Below are positions 21,209 to 31,546 of a stretch of DNA of 64,000 nucleotides, one piece after another (the first letter of the stretch is position 1; each line of letters opens with the position of its first letter). A program made the position numbers and the translations under genes. The stretch comes from an uncultured Pseudomonadota bacterium (GTDB lineage Bacteria; Pseudomonadota; Alphaproteobacteria; Rhizobiales; Xanthobacteraceae). The DNA lies in contig CAWAIV010000004.1 in assembly GCA_963782145.1 (NCBI GenBank), positions 376,550 to 440,549 on the forward strand. The letters run 5' to 3'. The notes under the pieces were generated by a model. That model was not told where the DNA came from, searched no databases, and saw nothing but the letters and a program-made list of their open reading frames with translations.

Positions 21209-22174
21209 TCACTGCTTCGGCAGAAATGCCTCGGTGTAGAGCGTGTGCATGTCCGGCGCCTTCGGCAAGGTCTTGAGGTCGACATAGGACCGCGCCAGCG
21301 CGGCGAGCGCCTTCGGCTTGAAATGGCCGTCCTCGTTGAACATCGGCATGACCTCGTCATAGATCTCCGACGTCGTCGCATCGTCGGTATGCATGACGCC
21401 CTTGGCGATTTCGACGGTCTTGGCCTTGTTGTGACGCATGAAGCGGATGGTCTCGAACCAGCCCGCGAGGAAGCCGCGCACGGCTTCCGGATGTTCGGCG
21501 ATCGTCTTGTTGGCGGCGAAGATCACGTGGATGTGGAAGTCCTTCACGAGATCGCCGAAGCGCAACAGAATCTTGCCCTGACCGCTATGCACATATTTCA
21601 GCGCGACCGCGATGTTGACGATCGCGGCGTCGATCGATTTCGTCTTCAACGCGGCGACGCGGTTGGCGTCGTTGCCGAGACCCACGCGCCGAATGCCTTC
21701 GACGCCCCATCCATGCTGACGCGAAATTTCGGTAATGATCCAATTGGTCACCGAACCGACGCCGGAGACGCCGACGATGCGTCCCTTGAGGTCGGCGACG
21801 CTCTTCACCGAGCCGTCGTTACGCACCACCAAGGTGAAGATCAGCGGCTGATCGGCCATCGCGGCGACGCCCTTGACCGGCGAGCCCTTGGCGATGAACG
21901 CCATGCCGGGCCCGGAGCCGAGGCCGATATCGATGCTGCCGGCGGCCATCGCCTGCTGCACCTTGGCGTCACCGCCGAAGGCGCTGATGATGACGTCAAC
22001 GCCGTGCTTTTTATAGAAGCCCATCTGCTGGCCGACTTCGGCCGGGACGAACGAGAAAGCTTCCGCGCCTGCCTTGCCGATACGAAGGGTTTCCGCGTTG
22101 ACCGCGCCCGGCACGCCGAACAGCGCCAAGGCCACAATGCACGCCGCCGCCAGCGATCGATTTAAATGTGCCAT
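21209..22174 (-). CDS. ABC substrate-binding protein (SsuA/NMT1/THI5-like), orphan
   Basis: Signal peptide; GFYKKHGVDV and VADLKGRIVGVS motifs; GGGGAG RBS. Confidence 0.85.
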   Translation of the reverse strand: MAHLNRSLAAACIVALALFGVPGAVNAETLRIGKAGAEAFSFVPAEVGQQMGFYKKHGVDVIISAFGGDAKVQQAMAAGSIDIGLGSGPGMAFIAKGSPVKGVAAMADQPLIFTLVVRNDGSVKSVADLKGRIVGVSGVGSVTNWIITEISRQHGWGVEGIRRVGLGNDANRVAALKTKSIDAAIVNIAVALKYVHSGQGKILLRFGDLVKDFHIHVIFAANKTIAEHPEAVRGFLAGWFETIRFMRHNKAKTVEIAKGVMHTDDATTSEIYDEVMPMFNEDGHFKPKALAALARSYVDLKTLPKAPDMHTLYTEAFLPKQ

Positions 22175-22534
22175 CGTTCTCCCCAACTGAAGGCGCCGAC
22201 ATCTGTTGATCCGGGCGGCGCTGTTTTCTTGCTTGTGACGAAACATAAGAGACGGTCATGCGCGGTGTCGAGTCACTATTCCTGCGCAATGTCGCGAACA
22301 TTGCGCCGCAGCAAAGCGACGCATCAGCTTCAGCGTGCGGATGGTCAATTTTCGCGTGGCGCAAACGACACCGCTTCGCGGCGAAGCGCATGTGTATCGC
22401 GTCCAGTCTAACGAGGAGATCTTCGCCGCGTGCGATCCTATCGCCGGGCGCGGCGACTGCCACGGTGTCCTGCGCGCGTGGCAGGCGGGTGAGCCACAAG
22501 GCTCACCCGGCGGGATGCCTTCCACTTCGCGGCG

Positions 22535-23659
22535 TTATGCCTGCTTCTTCGTTTGCAGCAATTGATCGAGATCGCGGATCAGTTGCGCCAATGCGTTCTG
22601 ACGCTCGCTGACGCCGCCGGCGACGGGTGCGGCGCTGGCCATCTGCGCGGTGCCGTCCTCGGGCGGTGCGTTGTTTGGGCGCCGGCCAGCGTCCGGGCGC
22701 GCGCGACGAGGGATGTATTCGCCGGCGGCCGGCACCAGCGACAGTTGCGAATCGTTGATGAACGCTTCGCGAATGCTGCCGAATCCATGCGGTTGCCGAT
22801 CGCCACGCATCGCTTGCGCCTGTCGATCGCCGATCCAATCCGGAGCGGCGCGATCGACGATGATGCGCCGTCCGTGTCGAACAGCCGCTTTCGTCACCAA
22901 GCGATAGAAGAGCCCGGCCACGCCGAGACCGAGCGCGACGATCAGCAATATTTCCGCCAGCGTTCCCTCGGGGGATGGCGCAATCATCGAGGCATGGGCG
23001 GTCGGCGCGGCGTCGCGCGCGGCGACGGCGGAATCATGGGACGCGCGAGCATCCGTTACCGGTGGGGTGGAGGAGGTAGGGACTTCGCTCGCAGCCGATC
23101 GGCGCTCCTGCACCGCGACCGGCGCGACCGCGGGAGGATCGGGCCATATGATTGCGGGGGCTGCTGCCGCCGCTGGCGCGATGGTCTCGGCGGGCGCGCT
23201 CGCAGGCGCGCCAGGCTCCGCCGGCGTTGATGGCTTCGCGGTTTCGTTCTCACCCGGTTTTTGCGCTGGCTCTTGCTCTGTAACGCTGCCGGTGGCCGCC
23301 GGCTCTGCCTTGCGCGGCCGCGAGTGCGGCGCATTGCCTGCGGCGCTCAGCGATATGGGGGCGCCGGCCGTCGCAGTCTTCTTGGCGGGAGCGGGGTCTG
23401 TTGCGGACGATGCAGACGATGCAGGCCGCGCAGTGGTGTGTTGCGCCGGCTGCTGCAGCGGCAGCAGGAACCAGCACTTGCGCCCTTTGGCGCGGTCAGT
23501 GTGATAATACCAGTGGCTTCCCTTAGGCGTGACGGATTTCGGTGCGGTAACACATTCATCCGCGCGCGCCGTATTGGCCGGCACTGCGATGCCCGCGCCG
23601 CAAGCGAGAAGCGGAACCGCAAGTGCGATCGATCGGATGGAGATGATGTGATCTGACAT
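22535..23659 (-). CDS. Hypothetical single-pass membrane protein with a Cys-paired N-terminal domain and Ala/Pro-rich stalk
   Basis: Signal peptide; ECVTAPK...HWYYHTDR...KCWFL; one TM; GGAGG RBS. Confidence 0.7.
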   Translation of the reverse strand: MSDHIISIRSIALAVPLLACGAGIAVPANTARADECVTAPKSVTPKGSHWYYHTDRAKGRKCWFLLPLQQPAQHTTARPASSASSATDPAPAKKTATAGAPISLSAAGNAPHSRPRKAEPAATGSVTEQEPAQKPGENETAKPSTPAEPGAPASAPAETIAPAAAAAPAIIWPDPPAVAPVAVQERRSAASEVPTSSTPPVTDARASHDSAVAARDAAPTAHASMIAPSPEGTLAEILLIVALGLGVAGLFYRLVTKAAVRHGRRIIVDRAAPDWIGDRQAQAMRGDRQPHGFGSIREAFINDSQLSLVPAAGEYIPRRARPDAGRRPNNAPPEDGTAQMASAAPVAGGVSERQNALAQLIRDLDQLLQTKKQA

Positions 23660-23814
23660 GTCGCCTCCACGAGTGAACCAGCGAAATGTCGAAGCAAATT
23701 TCGATTGCAATGCGTCCTAAATGTGAGCGCGGCGGGACCATTCCGAGACGGACCGGTCGGAAAAAGACGCTGCGATAGGCTGGGTAATGATGATGACGAG
23801 GTCGCCGGCGGCGC

Positions 23815-24786
23815 TTACAGCCCGGCCTCGAGTTTGGCGTAGAGCGGGTTGTCGCGCGAGAACACGTAATCGAGATCGGCCACCGCCACGGCTTCCGCGC
23901 CGTGCTCGCGCAAGTAACTGGTGAGCGCATAGACTTCACCCGGCGGACAATGCAGCGTCAGCATGCCCGACGAGGTCGGCCCGCCGAACGGCGTGACCAC
24001 GCCGTATTTCTCCTTCGCATTGTCGACGAGCTTGCCGTCGCAGGCGGCAAAGCGAGCGCGCACTTCGCGGAAGGCGCGGGCGCGCTGCTGTGCCGCCACG
24101 CGGTCGAGGATGACGCGCGCCAATTCGCGTTCGCTGTCGCCCCAGGACGCGGTGCGCGCGGCCACCAGGTTTGCCTGCGAGCGCAGGATGGTGCCGTCCT
24201 CGATCACCTTCAGCGCGTTGGCGGCGAGCGTCGCCCCCGAGGTGGTGATGTCGACGATCATCTCGGCGGTGCCGGCAGCCGGCGCGCCTTCGGTCGCGCC
24301 CGCGCTCTCGACGATGCGATAGTCGAGCACGCCATGCGCGGAGAAGAAGCCGCGCGTGAGGTTCACATATTTGGTCGCCACCCGCATCTTGCGCGCATGG
24401 GTGTGGCGGAAGGCGGTGGCGACGTCGTCGATATCGGCCATGCTGCGCACGTCGATCCAGGCCTGCGGCACCGCCACCACCACATTGGCATGGCCGAAGC
24501 CGAGCGGCTCGACCAGCACCACCTTGGCGTCGGCATCGGGGATCATCTCGCGCACCAGGTCCTCGCCGGTGACGCCGAAATGCACGGCGCCGGCGGCAAG
24601 CTGCGAGGTGATCTCGGAGGCCGAGAGATAGGCGACCTCGACGCCGTCGAGGCCGGCGACGGCGCCGCGATAGTCGCGCGCCCCGCGCGGCTTGATCAGC
24701 GCCAGGCCGGAGCGCGCGAAGAAGCTTTCCGCGTTCTCCTGCAGGCGGCCCTTGGCCGGCACCGCCAAGACCAGCGGCGAGCTCAT
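23815..24786 (-). CDS. hisG: ATP phosphoribosyltransferase
   Basis: [15 protein letters not shown] and [10 protein letters not shown]...[11 protein letters not shown] signature. Confidence 0.95.
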   Translation of the reverse strand: MSSPLVLAVPAKGRLQENAESFFARSGLALIKPRGARDYRGAVAGLDGVEVAYLSASEITSQLAAGAVHFGVTGEDLVREMIPDADAKVVLVEPLGFGHANVVVAVPQAWIDVRSMADIDDVATAFRHTHARKMRVATKYVNLTRGFFSAHGVLDYRIVESAGATEGAPAAGTAEMIVDITTSGATLAANALKVIEDGTILRSQANLVAARTASWGDSERELARVILDRVAAQQRARAFREVRARFAACDGKLVDNAKEKYGVVTPFGGPTSSGMLTLHCPPGEVYALTSYLREHGAEAVAVADLDYVFSRDNPLYAKLEAGL

Positions 24787-25937
24787 GCGCCGCCTCCATA
24801 GACCGCGAGCCGCTCGATCCACACGGCAAAGCCGACCGCCGGGATCGGCTGCGGGCTGCCGAGCCGCGTGAGCAAGTCGTCATAGCGGCCGCCGGCGACC
24901 AGCGGATCGCCGGTGCGGCCCGGGTCGGTCAGCTCGAACACGAAGCCGGTGTAATAGTCGAAGCCGCGACCAAAGCTGGTCGAGAAGCGCACGCGCGCCG
25001 GATCGATGCCGTGCGCGGCGAGGAAGCCGGTGCGGTGCTCGAACAGATCCAGCGCCGGCGCCAGCGCTGCCGCCAGATCGGCTTGCCCGGCAAGCGCGCG
25101 CAGTTCGATCGCCGCCTGGTCGGGATCGCCCTGGATGGCGAGGAAGCGCTCGATCAGCGCGCGCACGTCGCGCGGCAATCGGGTGCTGGCGCCGAGCGCG
25201 GCCTGCTCGAGGAAACGGTCGGCGATCTCGCCGACCGAGCGGCCGCCGACGGCGCTGATGCCGGCGATCGACAACAGGTCGGTGACCAGCGCATGCGCGC
25301 CCTTGGGGTCGGAGCCGGCCAGCGCGGCGAGCACGCCCTGATATTCCGGCCGCTCATTATTGCCGCCGAGCACCAGGCGCTCGAGGTCCTGCGCCAGATT
25401 GGCCTTGCGGTTGAAATCCTTGATCAGCCGCCGCTTCCATGCCGGCGGCAGGTCGAGCCCGGCGATGAGGCCGGCAAATAGCGCGACGTCGCCGGTCTGG
25501 ATGGCGGGCTGGGCGAGGCCATAATGGGCGGTGGCTTCCAGCCCACGCGCCAGCATTTCGGCATCGGCCGCGGCCTTGTCGGTGCGGCCGAAGGATTTAA
25601 TGCCGGCCTGCGCGAATTCCGGCGACTCGCCGCTGCGCTCGCGGAACACCGGGCCGAGATAGCAGTAGCCGCTGGCGCTGCCCGCCACGGGCGAGGCCAG
25701 ATAGTCGCGCGACACCGGAATGGTGAGGTCGGGGCGCAGGCAGAACTCGCCCCCGCCCGGCGCGGTGGTCAGGTACATGCGCTTGCGGATGTCCTCGCCA
25801 GAGAGGTCGAGGAAGGGCTCCGCCGGCTGCAAAATCGCGGGCGCGCAGCGGCGATAGCCGGCGCGCTCGTAGGAGGCGACGAGCGCCTCCGCCCGCGCAT
25901 CGGGCCCTTTCGCCGCTGTGGTGACGCTCGCGTCCAT
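24783..25937 (-). CDS. hisZ: ATP phosphoribosyltransferase regulatory subunit
   Basis: HisRS-like [18 protein letters not shown] and GGRYD motifs; ATGA-coupled to hisG. Confidence 0.93.
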   Translation of the reverse strand: MDASVTTAAKGPDARAEALVASYERAGYRRCAPAILQPAEPFLDLSGEDIRKRMYLTTAPGGGEFCLRPDLTIPVSRDYLASPVAGSASGYCYLGPVFRERSGESPEFAQAGIKSFGRTDKAAADAEMLARGLEATAHYGLAQPAIQTGDVALFAGLIAGLDLPPAWKRRLIKDFNRKANLAQDLERLVLGGNNERPEYQGVLAALAGSDPKGAHALVTDLLSIAGISAVGGRSVGEIADRFLEQAALGASTRLPRDVRALIERFLAIQGDPDQAAIELRALAGQADLAAALAPALDLFEHRTGFLAAHGIDPARVRFSTSFGRGFDYYTGFVFELTDPGRTGDPLVAGGRYDDLLTRLGSPQPIPAVGFAVWIERLAVYGGGA

Positions 25938-26192
25938 GCCAGTCCTTGCCGTCGCCGGGACCTCCCGGGGGTCCTGGGCGGCCCTTTAGCACGATAGCTT
26001 TAAGGATTTCGACGCCGAAGCGTTGCCGCCGTTAACGCGGCGCCGGGCCAAACGCTTGGTGTCGTTAATGAATTTTAGCCGGATGGACCGGCATTATTTT
26101 GCCGCCTGGCCGGGCGCCGGCACGCAAAATGATGCGGGTAAGACAATTTCAATACAACCACGCTTGACTGGTGCGGCTGGGAGACCTTCGAC

Positions 26193-26656
26193 ATGAGTGG
26201 TTCAGTTCCGCGCAGCGTGGTGGACGCCTTTTACCAGGCCTATAGCGCGCGCGATGCCGGCCAGGTTGCCGAATTCCTCGACGACGAGGTGAATGGACCA
26301 TCAGCGGGCCGGTCGACGTGCTGCCGTTCTGCGGCGCGCGCCGCGGCAAGGCGGCGGTGCTCGACATCATCGAGCGGCTGGTGCCCGACGTGTTCCGCGT
26401 CTTCAGCTTCGTGGTCGATGCAGTTGTGATCGACGGCGACCGGGTGGCGACGCTCAACCGGCTGTCGGCACGGCGCAGCGACGACGGCCGCGTGATCAGC
26501 TACCGGCTCGCGCATTTCCTGCGCTTCCGCGGCGGCAAGGTCATCGAGAACCTGTCGCTGATCGATTCCTTCGACGCCGTCGAGCAGGTGCTCGGCCATC
26601 GGCTGGCCATGCGGGCCGATACGGCGGCGATGGCCGGCGACCTGGTCGCCATTTAA
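26193..26656 (+). CDS. NTF2/SnoaL-like protein (one frameshift near 26290)
   Basis: VVDAFYQAY...LDD joined to W-T-I-S-G-P...GKAAV...FRGGKV in the next frame. Confidence 0.75.
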
Positions 26657-26743
26657 ACTTTCATTGGCCAATGAGCCGATTTGATGCCCGCGCGGGCGCG
26701 GCATGATAATATCTTGCCCGCGGTCTGCGATGGAGTTCATGCC

Positions 26744-27269
26744 ATGCGTCGCCACCTCGGTCTCGTTGCCGCCTGCCTCTGCTGCGCTTCCGCCGCCTAC
26801 GCGTTCGACATGCCGACGCGCAAGGCCGGCGAGTGGGAAATCACGATGCAGTTCGCCAGCCGCAATCTGCCGGCGCGGACCATGCGGCAATGCGTCGATC
26901 AGGCGACCGACAAACTGATGAACAGCAATTACGGCGGCCAGGGCGACTGTACGAAGCGTGACATCAGCAAGGTCGGCGACACCATGGTGGTCGAACTCGG
27001 TGTGTACATTCGGCCCGGCGACGACGACCTCGCATGCGGTGGTCAGCGGCAGTTTCGACAGCGCCTATACGGTCGACGTGACCTCGACGCGCACGGGCGG
27101 CCCGTCCATTCCGGGCATGGCGACGGGCCAGCCGACGCACATGAAGATCGCGGCCAAATGGGTCGGGCCCTGCGGCGCCGGCGAGCGGCCCGGTGACATC
27201 ATGATGGGCAACGGTATGAAGATGAACATCCTCGATCTGCAGAAGCTGCGCCGGCCGCCGCCGCAGTAG
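26744..27269 (+). CDS. DUF3617-like secreted protein (frameshift near 26995)
   Basis: Signal peptide; RKAGEWEI, QCVD and AKWVGPC motifs. Confidence 0.75.
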
Positions 27270-27283
27270 CGTTAGGCCACGAC

Positions 27284-27375
27284 CCGCTCATTCCCGCGCA
27301 AGCGGGAATCCAGGAGTCCTCATGCAAAGCCGAGAAGCTATTGCCCTGGGTCCCCGCTTTCGCGGGGACGAACGG
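27284..27375. repeat. Gene-less palindromic doublet of the same family as the GIY-YIG flanks
   Basis: CTCATTCCCGCGCAAGCGGGAATCCAGG...CCTGGGTCCCCGCTTTCGCGGGGACGAA; right arm matches 45722-45746 at 24/25 nt. Confidence 0.88.
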
Positions 27376-27385
27376 TTCTGGAATG

Positions 27386-29028
27386 TTACGCGATGCCGTG
27401 GCGCTCGAGCAGGTTGCGTACGGCCTCGACCAGGTCTTCTTCCTTGACCGCGAACTGCGCTTCCGCCTGCTGCTTCAGGTAGTCGTCGCGCTCCTTGGAG
27501 AGGCCGGCGATCTCGGCGCCGACGATCAAATCCTTGATCAGCACTTCGCCGCGCGCCTTCTCGTCGCCGCCCTGGATGACGACGCAAGGGGAGTGGCGCT
27601 TGTCGGCATATTTGAGCTGGTTGCCGATATTCTTCGGATTGCCGAGATAGAGCTCGGCGCGGATGTTGGCCGCGCGCAAGCGCGACACCATGCGCTGATA
27701 GTCGGCGACGCGCTCGCGGTCGAACACGGTGACGACGACCGGGCCGGGCTCGGGCTTGCTGGAGATTTTGCCGAGATGGGTGAGCGCGGCCTGCAGGCGC
27801 GAGACGCCGATGGAGAAACCGGTCGCCGGCACCGGCTCGCCGCGAAAGCGCGACACCAGCCCGTCGTAGCGCCCGCCGCCGCCGACCGAGCCGAAGCGGA
27901 TGGGGCGGCCGCTCTCGTCATCGATCTCGAAGGTCAGTTCAACTTCGAAGACCGGGCCGGTGTAATATTCGAGGCCGCGGACGACGGAGGGGTCGATCAT
28001 GATTCTCTTCGAACCATATTCTGCGGCGTGCGCTAGCGACCAATTGTTTCGAGTTCGTCAGCTGCTTCTGCAATCTTTGGAGAATTATTTGTCCACGCAC
28101 GCAGTAACGAAATAGTCTCGCTATTGTTGATCGGGATTCGACCGGGTTGGAATTCGGAGAAGATACGTCTCACCATTCGACCGAACTTGGGATCAAGTTG
28201 GACGTCAACAAGACCAAATCTTTTTGTTCCCAATCGGGAAGGCGGTCGAACTCCGGACTCGCCTGCGGATAAGTTCGAAGAGCAACATCAATTCGTTGAT
28301 CTGCTCCTGCGCAAGCCCGGCGCCTTTTGTGAAGTCGCCGCTTTCGTCTTTCCGTCCTTCCGCAAGTAATGCTCGAACACCGTCTTCGCCTAGTCGATCG
28401 AATTTGTCGATTGCGCGTAGGACGACAAGTCGCCGACCAGCATTTTCTTCGCCGCCAAGCCCGATTAGCCTCCAGCACCCCATCCAGCACCTTCCGGTTA
28501 TTCACCTTCACCACATAGCTGCCGCGCGGGATGCCCAGCGCTTCCATCGTATCCGCCGCCAGCATGCACATCTCGGCATCCGCGGCCATGGTCGGCGCGC
28601 CGACGCGTGTCGGCATCGAACTGCATGAACTGGCGGAAGCGGCCCGGGCCCGGCTTCTCGTTGCGGAACACCCAGCCGAAGCGATAGCTGCGATAGGGCA
28701 GGACGAGATTCTCCGTGCCAATTCGTCCGCCACATAGCGCGCCAGCGGCGCGGTCAGGTCGTAGCGCAGCGACAGCCACTGCTCGTCGTCGTCCTGGAAC
28801 GAGAACACGCCCTCGTTCGGCCGGTCCTGGTCGGGCAGGAATTTGCCGAGCGCGTCGGTGTATTCGATCGCCGGCGTCTCCACCGGCTCGAAGCCGTAGC
28901 GCTCGAACTCGACGCGGATGGCCTCGACCATCGCGCCGCGTCGCGGCGATCTCGGCCGGGCCGCGGTCGGCGAGGCCGCGCGGCAGGCGGGCTTTGAGCT
29001 TTTGCGGCTTGTTGCCGGATTTGGCCAT
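27386..29028 (-). CDS. hisS: Histidine--tRNA ligase (several frameshifts)
   Basis: [38 protein letters not shown] and GGGRYD motifs plus anticodon domain, spread across frames. Confidence 0.93.
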
Positions 29029-29104
29029 CGGCCTGACGACTTGCTGCGGGTGACGGCGGGTGGTAGCAGCCGCTCCGGCGCGCGGCAAGCAGCCGCGCCG
29101 CCGA

Positions 29105-29736
29105 TCAGTGGCCCGCGCCGTTGGTGGTGACCGGATGCAGGCTCGCCAGGGCGGTCCGTGCCAGGTGCTCGATCATCGGCCAGATCGTCTTGGCGAACAG
29201 CATTTCCAGCACGTCGAAGGACAGGCTGACCGCGGCGGCGACAACGACGATCAGCAGCAGCAGCGTGCGATATTCGCGGGCGGTGTCGGCAAGATGACGC
29301 CAGAGCCGGGGCGTGGGGGCCGCGGCCTGGCCGGCCCGGTGCTGCGGCGGAACACCGGCGTGTAATGGCCGACCGGGAGATCGATGACGACCGGGTCGCT
29401 GCTGCCCTCATTGGCATAATAGTGCCGCAGCGCGCGGCGCAGCCGGCCCGCCTCCACCCGCACGATCGGGTCGATCTGCGGATCGAAATTATCGTCGCGG
29501 CCGAGCGCGGCGGTGGCGATCGTATAGGCCTTGATGCGGTCGCCGCGGCCGGCGAGCGTTTCCTGCACCACAAAGCGCAGGAAGCTGGCGAGCTGGCCTG
29601 ACTTGCTGAAGGCGCTCGCCGGCGATGACCTGCTCCAGCGCGGCGCGGATTTCGCAGGCGGTCGGACTGACACTGGTCCCGGCATTGCCATCGGTCCAGC
29701 ATTTCCGCCCTTGGCGCCTTGTCCGGGAGCACTCAT
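29105..29736 (-). CDS. Hypothetical protein: regulator-like N-terminal domain plus one C-terminal TM (frameshifted)
   Basis: [12 protein letters not shown]...IKAYTIA...[22 protein letters not shown] domain as in rhizobial TolB/TPR 'adenylate cyclase-like' regulators; hydrophobic [13 protein letters not shown] in the next frame. Confidence 0.65.
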
Positions 29737-30094
29737 AGGTTTTGGCTATAATTCTAATACGGATTCTAAATAGGGCCGACCGGTATTACTTGCCCGATTG
29801 GCAGACAAATGACCTGATTTGCGGAGCTCCAATTGTGCAAAGATATTACGCAATATTTAGTATCGCTCCGGTTGTAAAATTCGCGCGAAAATAGAAATTT
29901 CTGCATAACGTTGCGTCGATACTCCGGCGAATTAGTCCAGACAATTTCCCGGTTCCCATAATCAGCCGGAATAACATGGGGCGAAAATGTCGTTTCGCTA
30001 TAGCCGCTTTCGGCGCGGCGCGGTTCGTGGTTAGTGTGCGCGTACGGCCTCAATGCCCGGCGACCGCGTCTCAGCTTTTCACGAGAGTATTCCG

Positions 30095-31454
30095 ATGGCG
30101 CAGAGCCGTTCCAGCCAAGCCGCGAACCAAACCGATCAACGTCCCCAACGACCTCGAGCCCTATTGGGTTCCGTTCACGCCCAACCGTGCGTTCAAGGCG
30201 CGGCCGCGGCTGATCGCCGGCGCCAAGGACATGCATTACGTCGCGCCCGATGGCCGCCGGCTGATCGACGGCTCCGCCGGGCTTTGGTGCACCAATGCCG
30301 GGCCACAATCGCGATCCGATCGTGCGCGCGATCCAGGCGCAGGCCGCCGAGCTCGACTACGCGCCGGCCTTCCAGTTCTCACATCCGAAGGCTTTCGAAT
30401 TGGCGAGCCGCGATCGCGGCGCTGGCGCCCGGCGATCTCGATCACGTGTTTTTCTGCAATTCCGGCTCCGAGGCGGTCGATACCGCGCTGAAGATCGCGC
30501 TCGCCTATCACAATGTGCGCGGGGCCGGTTCGCGCGTGCGCCTGATCGGGCGCGAACGCGGCTATCACGGCGTCGGCTTCGGCGGCATCGCCGTCGGCGG
30601 CATCGTCGCCAACCGCAAGCAGTTCGGCGCCCTGATGGCCGGCATCGATCATCTCTCGACCACCTATAATCGCGAGAAGCAGGCCTTCTCCGTCGGCGAG
30701 CCGGAATGGGGCGGCCATCTGGCGGATGAATTGGACCGGCTGGTGGCGCTGCACGACGCCTCCACCATCGCGGCGGTGATCGTCGAGCCGCTCGCGGCCT
30801 CCACCGGCGTGCTGCCGGCGCCCAAGGGCTATCTCGAGCGGCTGCGCGCGATTTGCGACAAGCATGGCATTCTGCTTGATCTTCGACGAGGTGATCACCG
30901 GCTTCGGCCGCATGGGCGCGGCCTTCGCCGCCGAGCGCTACGGCGTCATTCCCGACATGATCACCTTCGCCAAGGGCATTACCTCGGGCTCGGTGCCCAT
31001 GGGCGGCGTGCTGGTGCGCAAAGGCATCTATGACGCTTTCATGAAGGGTCCCGAGCACGTCATCGAATTGTTCCACGGCTACACCTATTCGGCGCATCCG
31101 CTGGCCTGCGCCGCCGGCCTTGCCACCCTCGACCTCTATCGGGACGAGGGCCTGTTCGAACGGGCAAAGAAGCTCGAGCCGCTCTGGGCCGACGCCGCCA
31201 TGGGCCTGAAAGGTCTGCCCCATGTGCTCGACATTCGCCCGGTCGGTTTGACGGTCGGCATCGATCTCGCCAGCAAGCCGGACGGCGTCGGCAAGCGCGG
31301 CTACCAGGCGCTGGACGCCGGCTATTTCGAATATGATTTCATGTTCCGCGCGGTCGGCGATACGCTGGCGCTGTCGCCGCCGCTGATCGTGAGCGAGGCG
31401 CAGATCGGCGAAATGTTCGACAAGCTTGCCAGGATCATCAAGGCGGTGGCGTAG
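30095..31454 (+). CDS. Class III aminotransferase (omega-amino acid--pyruvate type), frameshifted
   Basis: DGSAGLWC, NSGSEAVDTALK, FDEVITGFGR, FAKG and HGYTYSAHP motifs. Confidence 0.92.
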
Positions 31455-31465
31455 GCGGCGGTCGC

Positions 31466-31486
31466 CCCCGCCTGCGCGGGGACGAC
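31466..31486. repeat. Solo arm of the GIY-YIG-associated palindrome
   Basis: Reverse complement GTCGTCCCCGCGCAGGCGGGG matches the 45727-45747 arm at 20/21 nt. Confidence 0.75.
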
Positions 31487-31546
31487 GACATAGAAGGCTT
31501 GCGCTACATCAACAAGCGGTCGCACGCCGCCGCTAGGTTTGCGCCC

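Noticed and set aside
22256-22611. Short ORFs and a TGCGCCGCA palindrome upstream of the substrate-binding protein gene
   Set aside because: The ORFs lack coding signatures, and the short GC palindrome is expected by chance in this genome.
23780-23812. His-codon run (RHHHY) next to hisG as an attenuator leader
   Set aside because: It lies downstream of hisG with no start codon or RBS, so the position is wrong for attenuation.
25595-25603. HisZ GIKSFG where Glu would be expected
   Set aside because: A single-base difference in an error-prone assembly; not interpretable without reads.
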